32,000 nt of DNA from contig NZ_OX373462.1 of assembly GCF_947331815.1 (NCBI RefSeq), positions 2,019,040 through 2,051,039 of the forward strand. The letters are read 5' to 3'. The stretch is from Cyanobacterium sp. uoEpiScrs1. Lineage in GTDB: Bacteria > Cyanobacteriota > Cyanobacteriia > Cyanobacteriales > Microcystaceae. Positions 1 to 8,408 of this stretch are shown here, in pieces (position 1 is the first letter of the stretch; every line of letters begins with the position of its first letter). The notes under the pieces are model-generated. The model saw nothing but the letters and a program-made list of their open reading frames with translations. It did not search any database and was not told the DNA's origin. Made by a program: the position numbers and the translations under genes.

Positions 1-5
1 TTAGA

Positions 6-785
6 CTAAGGATTCAGATTAATTGAAGGAAACTGTGGATTAGTGACATCTAAGTAAAAAATACGGTCTGGAGGAACACTAGAAGAAAGTTTACTCATTC
101 TAGCTAAAACTTGCAACTGTTCCTGAAAACGATCACCATAAGGACCACAATGTATAGTTCCTAATTCAGTTTTTAATATAAGATTGCTTGGATCCTGCCA
201 ATCTACTGTTGTAATCTTGATTGGAGACTGAAGAATTAAATGATATATCTCAAGCCAATGAGAACGATACCGGGGATTAAAACCATGTACGATGATATCT
301 TGTTCCGTCTCAACTTTTACATCTTCTCCGTAAAATTTCTTAGAGATCCAGACTCCAGTGGCATCAAGATAGCCATCGCCTTGGGAAGAAGTACCCATAA
401 CAACCGGTTGTCGTTCTTTGACAGTAACAGTTATCTGAGTTGGAAAAAGCTGACGAGTTAGATGAACATCCTTAAATGGCGGTTCTTTCTTCAACTGTTG
501 AGTCAATTGATGAAGGGGAAGTTGCCAGATAGACTGAGGATAGGATACATTGAGGAGCTGTCGTATTTTATTTGAAGACAATAGCCTATTTCCTACAATT
601 TTAATTTGTGATTGATCTTTAATTACCCAATGAGGCCAACTAATTATCCAGATCAATCCTCCTACCATTCCCAAAAGAGCTAAAAAGCGCCAAACCCCTT
701 GCCATACTTTTAATTGTCGTTGAGTACGCAAAGTTTGTCGTTTACTTTTTAACGAATCAGCACCAACTAATATATTATCTCCCAT
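6..785 (-). CDS. ftsQ: cell division protein FtsQ/DivIB
   Basis: 259-aa ORF. A basic N-terminus is followed by one hydrophobic anchor (FLALLGMVGGLIWIISW). A POTRA-like segment (IKIVGNRLLS..IRQLL) and a beta-rich C-terminal part follow, as in cyanobacterial FtsQ. Recognised from memory; no search was run. Confidence 0.8.
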   Translation of the reverse strand: MGDNILVGADSLKSKRQTLRTQRQLKVWQGVWRFLALLGMVGGLIWIISWPHWVIKDQSQIKIVGNRLLSSNKIRQLLNVSYPQSIWQLPLHQLTQQLKKEPPFKDVHLTRQLFPTQITVTVKERQPVVMGTSSQGDGYLDATGVWISKKFYGEDVKVETEQDIIVHGFNPRYRSHWLEIYHLILQSPIKITTVDWQDPSNLILKTELGTIHCGPYGDRFQEQLQVLARMSKLSSSVPPDRIFYLDVTNPQFPSINLNP

Positions 786-997
786 AGGATGAGTGTACTC
801 ACTTTCAAAAAATGTTATAACTAGAGAAAAGTACTCCAGTTAAAAAATAACTAATTGACCGATTGTCTGTTTTGGTGAACTGAATGACTTAATAGTAAAA
901 GATATATCAAGTCGCGTTATCAGGTTCGAGTGTTACAGTTAACACGTAATTAGAAAGAAATCTACTTGTCCTTTTATCTTTGCATAAATTTAGGCTT

Positions 998-2290
998 ATG
1001 GTTAATCAAAAACGTGGGCTCATTCTCGGCGCGACTGCGGCTATCTTGACTGTAGTTGCAGTAACAGGTGGAGGACTCCGCTTTTCTCAGAGTCAAGCTT
1101 TTTTTCAAAATAGTCCAAAAGAATTAATTGACGAAGTATGGCAGATTATTAATCGTACCTATGTTGATGAAACATTTAATCAATCGGATTGGCAAGCTAT
1201 TCGTGTAGAATATCTAAACCGTCCTTATGTTAACAAGGAAGAGGCTTATAAAGCGATTAGAGAAATGCTCGCAGTACTTGAAGATCCATACACCCGCTTT
1301 ATGGATCCCGAAGAATTTAAAAATATGCAAATTGACACTTCGGGAGAATTGACTGGAGTGGGTATTCAACTTACCAAGGACGAAGAGACTGGTGAACTAA
1401 TGGTAGTTTCTCCCATTGAAGATACTCCAGCATTTGATGCTGGAATTTTATCTAAAGATATTATTACAAAAATTAATGGCAAAATTACTAAAGGGATGGA
1501 GGTCGGAGATGCCGTTAAGTTGATTCGAGGCAAACCAGGCAGTAAAGTAATTTTAACAATTCGCCGTAGTACTGAAGAAGCTGATTATCCCCTCATTAGA
1601 GCACGTATTGAGCTACATCCCGTTCGCTCTCGTTCTCAACAAACTCCTATTGGATTGATTGGCTATATTCGTTTAACTCAATTCAGTAGTCAAGCTGGTC
1701 AAGAAATGCGGGATGCTATTAAAAAACTAGAAGCTAAACAAGTTAACGGCTATATTTTAGATCTCCGTTCTAATCCTGGAGGCTTGCTATATTCAAGCAT
1801 TGAAATTGCTAGAATGTGGCTTGATGAAGGAAAAATTGTTTCAACAGTTAATCGTCTTGGACAAGAGGAGCAACAACGAGCCAGTAACCGTGCCTTAACA
1901 GATAAACCGCTGGTGGTATTAGTTGATGGAGGTTCGGCGAGTGCTAGTGAAATTTTATCAGGAGCTTTACAAGATCATAGACGCGCCATAATTGTAGGAA
2001 CTCAGACCTTTGGTAAAGGCTTAGTTCAGTCTGTCCGAGGATTAGGGGACGGTTCTGGTTTAGCCGTTACCGTCGCTAAGTATCTTACCCCTAATGGACG
2101 AGATATCAATAAACAAGGTATTGGACCTGATATCATATTTGAACTGAGTGACGATGAACGTAAAGCTCTCCAACAGGATAGTGAACGGATTGGAAGTTTT
2201 GGTGATCCTCAGTTTGATAAAGCGTTTGAAGTACTCAAACAGCAAATAACACAGTCAAAAGTAACCAACACCCATGCCGTAGTCTATTGA
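998..2290 (+). CDS. carboxyl-terminal processing protease (S41 family, PDZ domain; CtpA/B/C type)
   Basis: It has an N-terminal signal/anchor, a PDZ-like stretch (LTGVGIQL...VVSPIEDTPAFDAGI), the catalytic Ser motif GGSASASEI and the catalytic Lys motif TFGKG. The track ORF starts at TTG 980; ATG 998 (MVNQKRG) is the more likely start. Confidence 0.9.
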   Translation: MVNQKRGLILGATAAILTVVAVTGGGLRFSQSQAFFQNSPKELIDEVWQIINRTYVDETFNQSDWQAIRVEYLNRPYVNKEEAYKAIREMLAVLEDPYTRFMDPEEFKNMQIDTSGELTGVGIQLTKDEETGELMVVSPIEDTPAFDAGILSKDIITKINGKITKGMEVGDAVKLIRGKPGSKVILTIRRSTEEADYPLIRARIELHPVRSRSQQTPIGLIGYIRLTQFSSQAGQEMRDAIKKLEAKQVNGYILDLRSNPGGLLYSSIEIARMWLDEGKIVSTVNRLGQEEQQRASNRALTDKPLVVLVDGGSASASEILSGALQDHRRAIIVGTQTFGKGLVQSVRGLGDGSGLAVTVAKYLTPNGRDINKQGIGPDIIFELSDDERKALQQDSERIGSFGDPQFDKAFEVLKQQITQSKVTNTHAVVY

Positions 2291-2877
2291 CATAGTGCAA
2301 GCATCTGGTAGCAAAAATCTATTAGTGTTTAGCCTAAAGTTATTTAAGACCTATAATAAGGGAGAGGCAGAGGTCAGAATATCCGTTTTCTCTCCTTTAT
2401 TTCTGAGTTATCAACAAGTAAGAGAAGTTATTATTTAGTCGATTAAATAACCATGGTTAACGAATATTTTTAATTATAAAAAATACTATAGATTAAGTTA
2501 AGGTCAAAATTATTATTATTTCAAGATTACTTTTACTCAAAACAAAGATTAATACCAGAATATAATTGCGCTTCAAATAATAATTTTGCTTTAGTTATTC
2601 AACCTCGATGATTATTTTTATTTATGTTTCTAGCAACTTCATTCTAAAATAGACTTTATCGAACAAAATAAAAATTATAAACCAAATAGAAACAACAAAA
2701 TATCTTCAAATTTTCAAGTAGATTCGAATGATCAAAAGTGTATTTTTATATTGACTATTGGCTTATTGTAGATTTTATCTATTGCTAAACTAACTAACGT
2801 TATTATGTAAAAGCTCTATACTACCATAAGGTATGATTAAATATTTTGGAGGTTTGTCGTAAGACAAAAAAACATTA

Positions 2878-3867
2878 ATGAGAAAAAAGTACCATGTTTA
2901 TGGTGTTGGTAATGCTTTGGTAGACATAGAATTTAAAGTTTCACAAGAATTACTCCAACTATTAAATGTTGATAAAGGTGTGATGACTCTTGTTGATGAA
3001 GTTCGTCAAGAGAAGTTATTAAAAGAACTTAATGGACAGCCATGTAAGCAAAGTGGAGGGGGTTCTGCTGCCAACACTATGATAGCCCTTAGTCAATTAG
3101 GTGGTAATGGGTTTTATTCTTGTAAAGTAGCAGCGGATGAAGCAGGAAAATTTTATTTAGAAGACTTACGCAGATGTGGGTTAGATACCAATGAACACAA
3201 CGGTGATGGGAAAGGAGGAACTACCGGAAAATGTCTAGTTATGGTTACCCCTGATGCTGATCGCACCATGAATACATTTTTAGGTATTTCGAGTAGTTTA
3301 TCCGGACAAGAATTAGTCCTCGAAGCAATTTCTGATTCTGAATATCTTTACTTAGAAGGGTATTTGGTCACATCCCCAAGTGCTCAAGCAGCAGCTATTA
3401 AAGCTAGGGAAATTGCTGAAAATTCAGCGGTAAAAACTACTGTTTCTTTATCTGATCCAAACATAGTAGAGTTTTTTAAAAATGGGTTATTAAAGATTAT
3501 TGGTTCAGGATTAGATTTTATTTTTGCTAATGAAGCAGAAGCTCTAAAAATATCCAACACGAAAGACTTTTCCGAGGCGATCTCCTATTTAAAAACTTTG
3601 GCAAAAGGATTTGCTATAACCCGTGGTCCGAAGGGCTCATTAGTTTTTGATGGTCGAGAATTGATTGAAATTGCTCCTTGTCCTGTCCGAGCCATTGATA
3701 CCGTAGGTGCAGGAGATATGTATGCCGGAGCATTTCTTTACGGAATCACCCATGGAATGACTTATCGCCAAGCTGGATATCTCGCTTCACAGGCTTCTTC
3801 TCGAATTGTTACTAGTTATGGACCTCGTTTAACTAGTAAAGAATTAAAATCTTTACTAGCAAATTAA
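2878..3867 (+). CDS. PfkB-family kinase, adenosine kinase-like
   Basis: 329-aa ORF with the N-terminal YGVGNALVD and GGGSAANT motifs and the C-terminal [16 protein letters not shown] motif, the PfkB signature containing the catalytic Asp. Confidence 0.75.
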   Translation: MRKKYHVYGVGNALVDIEFKVSQELLQLLNVDKGVMTLVDEVRQEKLLKELNGQPCKQSGGGSAANTMIALSQLGGNGFYSCKVAADEAGKFYLEDLRRCGLDTNEHNGDGKGGTTGKCLVMVTPDADRTMNTFLGISSSLSGQELVLEAISDSEYLYLEGYLVTSPSAQAAAIKAREIAENSAVKTTVSLSDPNIVEFFKNGLLKIIGSGLDFIFANEAEALKISNTKDFSEAISYLKTLAKGFAITRGPKGSLVFDGRELIEIAPCPVRAIDTVGAGDMYAGAFLYGITHGMTYRQAGYLASQASSRIVTSYGPRLTSKELKSLLAN

Positions 3868-3890
3868 GAGTTTTTTCATAGAAAACTCCG

Positions 3891-3927
3891 TGTAGAGACG
3901 TTTAAGAACATATCTCTACATTTTCTT
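3891..3927 (+). terminator. rho-independent terminator-like hairpin downstream of the PfkB kinase gene
   Basis: A perfect 8-bp stem, TGTAGAGA (3891-3898) pairing with TCTCTACA (3913-3920), encloses a 14-nt loop and is followed by TTTTCTT. It begins 24 nt after the stop codon. A second perfect 7-bp hairpin, GAGTTTT/AAAACTC, lies at 3868-3888 directly after the stop. Confidence 0.5.
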
Positions 3928-4202
3928 GATCTAACGAAATATAAAGAGCTCTCTTACACAGAACTAAACATTAGCTTTTATCATTATGTTAAATACATAT
4001 TCAACAAGATGGATTTAGATAATTATCAATCAATCAACTTTTTTAATGTTCTCCAATAAATAAAAATTGCTCTTTATCCATCTTACGTAATGGACAAAAT
4101 AAAAATGTATAAAAGAAGGTGCTGGCAGGAACAATCAATCCAATATTAGGTAATCAAGTACTCAAGACTTAGTCTCTTAAAAATTCATTATTTTTAGTAA
4201 AC

Positions 4203-4712
4203 TTATAGAGATACCCCTAAAATTCGAGATAACCAGATCTCAAAATTGTGGATTGGATGGTAATGAGTAGTCAAAGTAGTATCCGCCATGGGTTTAACAA
4301 GAATTGTAAACATTCCCAAACGATTGCCAGCCAGAACATCGGTAAACAAGCGATCACCAACCATTGCTACACCGCTTACGGGAAGTTTCATGGACTGGAC
4401 AGCTTGTCGTAGTTTGCGTCGGGAAGGTTTTACTGCTCCCAACAGATAGGGGAGAGTCAAGGTATTAGCGATTCTACTAATGCGACCTTCACTTAAGTTA
4501 TTACTAACTAACCAAATGGGAGTTACTTGTTTAATAGTTTCTATCCATTGCTCAAGTTCTTGAGAAACTTGGCTTTGTTTTAAAGGGACTAGGGTTTCAT
4601 CTACATCTAAGACTAATCCTTTAATATTATAATGAATGAGAATTTCTGGTGTTAAACCAAGAATAGTATCTCCTAAAACTAAATCAGGTTGTAATAATTT
4701 GGTATTGGACAT
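4203..4712 (-). CDS. YqeG-type HAD-IIIA family phosphatase
   Basis: 169-aa ORF with HAD motif I (LVLDVDETL), motif IV (VGDRLFTDVLAGN) and the size typical of the YqeG subfamily. Confidence 0.8.
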   Translation of the reverse strand: MSNTKLLQPDLVLGDTILGLTPEILIHYNIKGLVLDVDETLVPLKQSQVSQELEQWIETIKQVTPIWLVSNNLSEGRISRIANTLTLPYLLGAVKPSRRKLRQAVQSMKLPVSGVAMVGDRLFTDVLAGNRLGMFTILVKPMADTTLTTHYHPIHNFEIWLSRILGVSL

Positions 4713-5486
4713 TCGTTGGCTTGCCTCAATAAATAATGGAGAAAGTATTTTTAATCTTATTTCTTAGTTTGAATTGCTCGCAAACTTTTTTCTCTATGGA
4801 ATTATTCTTGCTGGTCGAAAAAACTGACTGAAGTTAACTTTGTCACTAAGCGGGTGTTGAGTGATTTATAGCCTGTCTTTATTCTAAGCATTCATGTAAA
4901 AATAATTAAAAGTGGATAAAATAAACGATTAGTTGACTTCTATGAATCAGTTAGAGAAAAACTCTCTCAAGATTAAGAACCTAATATATCTCTTTGAGAA
5001 TTTACTCAGGTTGCTTGAGTTCCATTTCGTGAGGAGCAATACTAGTATTGACTAAACTAAATTTTAATTAAGCAACAGTCTTTTTAGCTAATCACTTAAT
5101 CTAATCGGCTTTGAAAACCGCTCCAACTATTTTGGAAAAAGCAGTTAATAAGATGTCGAGTCTTATCGTTCCAGTAAAAGGTCAATAATTTTACTTTTAC
5201 TAAACAACATGCCCAAAACTTCAGCTTCAGACTCCGGAAGGATATTCTCAATGGCTGGGTAACAGCACTTTCTCATCCTCAGCATTTAGAGGTACTGAAC
5301 GAGAAATACTATTGCATAACCAAGGTCATTGATAACCCTAAGTTATTAAATTATATTTAACCTATCACCTCTTGACTCTTATAATCTACTAGATTATGAG
5401 CATTTTATTATTAAACTCTAAATGCTTAGTCTAGATATTGCTAAACTTGACGAAGAGTCTGAAGTGTTATTCATCTACATAAATTT

Positions 5487-6650
5487 ATGGATCGCGTTGG
5501 GGTTTTATTACTGAATTTAGGGGGACCAGAACAATTAGAAGATGTTCGCCCCTTTTTATTTAATCTATTTTCTGACCCAGAAATTATTCGGTTACCAGTC
5601 CCCTGGTTACAAAGGCCTTTAGCTTGGTTCATTTCCCAGGTAAGAAGTGGAAAGTCCAAGAAAAATTATGAACAAATTGGAGGAGGTTCTCCTCTGAGGA
5701 GGATTACTGAGGCTCAAGGAAAAGCTCTAGAAAGAAGATTAGCAGAAATAGGTCATAACGCCAAAATATACGTTGGAATGCGTTATTGGCACCCCTTTAT
5801 TGAAGAAGTGATGAATCACATTAAACAAGATGGAATAGAACATCTAGTGATTTTTCCTCTGTATCCTCAATTTTCCATTAGTACCAGTGGCTCTAGTTTC
5901 CGAGTACTTGAGAAAATGTGGCAAGCTGATAGTGATCTTGCACGAATTAACTATACTTTAATTCCTTCTTGGTATGATCATCCTGATTATTTAAAGGCAA
6001 TGGCTGACCTAATTACCCAAGAATTAGATAAACATGAGAATTCTTGTCATACTCATATCTTTTTTAGTGCTCATGGAGTCCCTAAAAGTTATGTTGATAA
6101 AGCTGGAGATCCCTATCAAGTAGAAATTGAGGCTTGTACTCACTTAATCATGAAAACCTTAAATCGGCCAAATGATTTTACCCTAGCTTATCAAAGTAGA
6201 GTTGGTCCAGTGGAGTGGCTTAGACCTTACACGGAGGATTCTTTAAAAGAATTGGGAAAAAAAGGAGTTAAAGATTTGTTAGTAGTTCCCGTTAGTTTTG
6301 TTTCGGAACATATTGAAACTCTTCAAGAAATTGATATAGAATACCGGGAAGTTGCTAAGAGGGCTGGAATTGAAAATTTTTATCGAGTGCCCGCATTAAA
6401 TACCCACCCCATTTTTATTGATTCTCTCGCACAATTAGTCACTAAATCTCTTCAAGAATCTCCTTATACCTTTGACAAAGTTATTCGTCCCAAAGAAAAC
6501 AGAATAATATGCTCTCAAGAATATTGGAGGCGTAGTATCACCACAACAATTGAGGTGTGGAATACTAGATTAGCGATAATAGGATTTATAGCTCTTTTAT
6601 TTGAGTTAATTAGCGGTCATGGTTTATTACATCTTGCTGGGTTACTTTGA
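5487..6650 (+). CDS. hemH: ferrochelatase with C-terminal chlorophyll a/b-binding (CAB) helix
   Basis: 387 aa with [21 protein letters not shown] and [14 protein letters not shown] ferrochelatase motifs. The C-terminal hydrophobic helix [24 protein letters not shown] carries the ExxNxR chlorophyll-binding motif found in cyanobacterial and plastid type II ferrochelatases. Confidence 0.95.
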   Translation: MDRVGVLLLNLGGPEQLEDVRPFLFNLFSDPEIIRLPVPWLQRPLAWFISQVRSGKSKKNYEQIGGGSPLRRITEAQGKALERRLAEIGHNAKIYVGMRYWHPFIEEVMNHIKQDGIEHLVIFPLYPQFSISTSGSSFRVLEKMWQADSDLARINYTLIPSWYDHPDYLKAMADLITQELDKHENSCHTHIFFSAHGVPKSYVDKAGDPYQVEIEACTHLIMKTLNRPNDFTLAYQSRVGPVEWLRPYTEDSLKELGKKGVKDLLVVPVSFVSEHIETLQEIDIEYREVAKRAGIENFYRVPALNTHPIFIDSLAQLVTKSLQESPYTFDKVIRPKENRIICSQEYWRRSITTTIEVWNTRLAIIGFIALLFELISGHGLLHLAGLL

Positions 6651-7700
6651 CTTCTTTTTTAATTTAACGTAGCGGGGTTGAAAGATTATTCCTTAATAGT
6701 TCTCGCTTGGCTGTTCTGATGGTTTTCTACGACAGAACAACTCTGAGGAAATATTTCATCTATGGATTATCTAAGTTACGACTAAACCTAAATTTGTTAT
6801 ATGTTTAAGGTTTAAAGACTCATGAATCCTAGTATATAGATTGATGGCTATAAATAAACTGTTTAAAATTAACTTCTTATTTTAAATTCTGATATTTAAG
6901 TGTTTAGAGTTTGATTTGTGGTAGTTCAATTTTAATTATCTTTGTTAAGTTGTAATCTTGTCTCTTCTTTTTTTTTAAATATTTACTTAAACAATGTATT
7001 TATTGATAAATAATTAATCTATAGAAAAAATTTGTTTATAAATTATTTTTAGTCTTAAACTATTATTTATACTGTATAGTTATTACAAATTTATATGCTT
7101 TTGTCTAAAATTTGTTTTAGTTTTTTTTATTTTACTTAAATTAGTGTAGTACACTATTTGATATTTAAATATCATTAAATAAACACAAAACTTTAAGCTA
7201 ATTAATTAATTACCTAAAATAATCCAATTTTATTTTTTTCTATGCCTTTTTAGTTGTATAAATAAAACGTAAATTTAATTTTAGTTAGTTAACTTTATTA
7301 ATGTCTTTGCAGATAACTGGTTCTTCCTTAATTTCTTCAAACTTTAACCACTAGGGACTAGTGTATAACAAAATTTTGATATCTTAGAGATTAAAATAGA
7401 GAATTGATAAGGACATCCACTTTTTTAAGTATATTACACAACATAAGTTCTATCTTGTCACACTCATTCGATTATTAATGATTGACTTAATGATTTTTCT
7501 CTGGGTCAATGGCAGAGATAATCTATGCTATTGACTTAGGGTATTTCACGTCTTTAGGATAGCTTATTTTAGTAGAGTTATTGATAGTTCCTCCTTAGAA
7601 AGCAACGTAATGATCTAAGATTAAGTTGAAGTGAAGTCGTTTATAAGTCCGAGTGCTATTATATGATGATACCTACTTAAATGTTAACCTCTAACTAGAT

Positions 7701-8369
7701 ATGAAGCTAAAGTTAAGAAAGAGTATGATGGAGAAGGTTCGCAGGGCGATACAAAATAAGACTTTAGCCTCATTCGTGACTGTCTTATTATTATTGTTAT
7801 GGCTAAACCAAGGAGTTATTCAGGGTAATTTTGATACTTTAGACGCGAATTTTTTACATTGGGTTCGACACTTTCGTCAACCTGGTTTATTTGAATTTGC
7901 GCGAGTCTCTTATCTATTAGGAGAAGCTGAAGTTGTTATTTTTTTTATTTTAGGCGGGTTAAGTTTTCTGCTATGGAAACGTTATTTAAAAGAAGCCCAA
8001 GTTTTAGCAATTTCTTCTCTAGGGATCCTTGTATTAATTGATAAGATATTAAAACCTTTATTTAGCAGAATACGTCCGGCTCCAGGATTAATTGATGTTC
8101 ATGGAAATAGCTACCCTAGTGGTCATATTTCTGGTAACTTTATGCTGTATTTATACATCTCTTATTTGATTGCATTTCAGTTCCCCAAACTAACTGTTTA
8201 TGTTTATAGTGTATCAACTGTCCTAGTTTTTTCTATGGGGTGGGCAAGTCTTTATTTGAATATTCATTGGGCAACAGATATTATTGCTGGTTTGTGTGTT
8301 GGCTATCTTTCCTTTCTCCTATCTATTTCTCTTTTAAAAACTATTGATATAAAATATCGAGGTTTCTAG
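7701..8369 (+). CDS. PAP2-family (type 2 phosphatidic acid phosphatase-like) membrane phosphatase
   Basis: Polytopic 222-aa ORF with the three PAP2 motifs: KILKPLFSRIRP, SYPSGH and HWATDIIAG. The start is ambiguous, as several Met codons lie near the N-terminus. Confidence 0.8.
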   Translation: MKLKLRKSMMEKVRRAIQNKTLASFVTVLLLLLWLNQGVIQGNFDTLDANFLHWVRHFRQPGLFEFARVSYLLGEAEVVIFFILGGLSFLLWKRYLKEAQVLAISSLGILVLIDKILKPLFSRIRPAPGLIDVHGNSYPSGHISGNFMLYLYISYLIAFQFPKLTVYVYSVSTVLVFSMGWASLYLNIHWATDIIAGLCVGYLSFLLSISLLKTIDIKYRGF

Positions 8370-8408
8370 TAGACAGAACGACTAGAAATATTTATATTGG
8401 ATATTCTT

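Noticed and set aside
240-461. This track ORF is nested in or antisense to a confidently called gene. The same applies to the ORFs at 2060-2245, 5471-5659, 9002-9211, 9335-9526, 11602-11784, 16503-16685, 20069-20275, 20802-21032, 21499-21687, 26775-27014, 30326-30556 and 30417-30602.
   Set aside because: Each lies inside, or substantially overlaps, a longer ORF with clear family motifs (ftsQ, ctp, hemH, GT39, Tic22-like, ubiH-like, recJ, CPBP/DUF3326-like, cp12). Their translations are low-complexity or unrecognisable. They are typical shadow ORFs.
980-997. N-terminal extensions in track ORFs start at TTG, GTG or upstream ATG codons: 980, 8397, 11275, 15915, 18477, 27010 and 28791.
   Set aside because: In each case a downstream ATG gives an N-terminus matching the family, or removes an overlap with the upstream gene. 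The extensions are A+T-rich or overlap neighbouring coding sequence, so I used the internal starts.
5163-5345. A minus-strand frame of 58 sense codons with one internal stop, considered as a pseudogene call.
   Set aside because: The open length is within what A+T-rich random sequence yields, and I recognise no protein family. It is kept only as part of the low-interest compositional observation for 4713-5486, not as a pseudogene feature.
7481-7538. ATTGACTTA is repeated at 7481-7489 and 7530-7538, with an inverted GTCAAT at 7505-7510, upstream of the PAP2 gene. This could be an operator array or promoters; the second TTGACT is followed 18 bp later by TAGGAT.
   Set aside because: A 9-mer repeat at this spacing is within chance expectation for this composition. 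The TTGACT/TAGGAT pair is a plausible sigma-70-type promoter, but I cannot support it without transcription start site data, so it is not listed as a feature.
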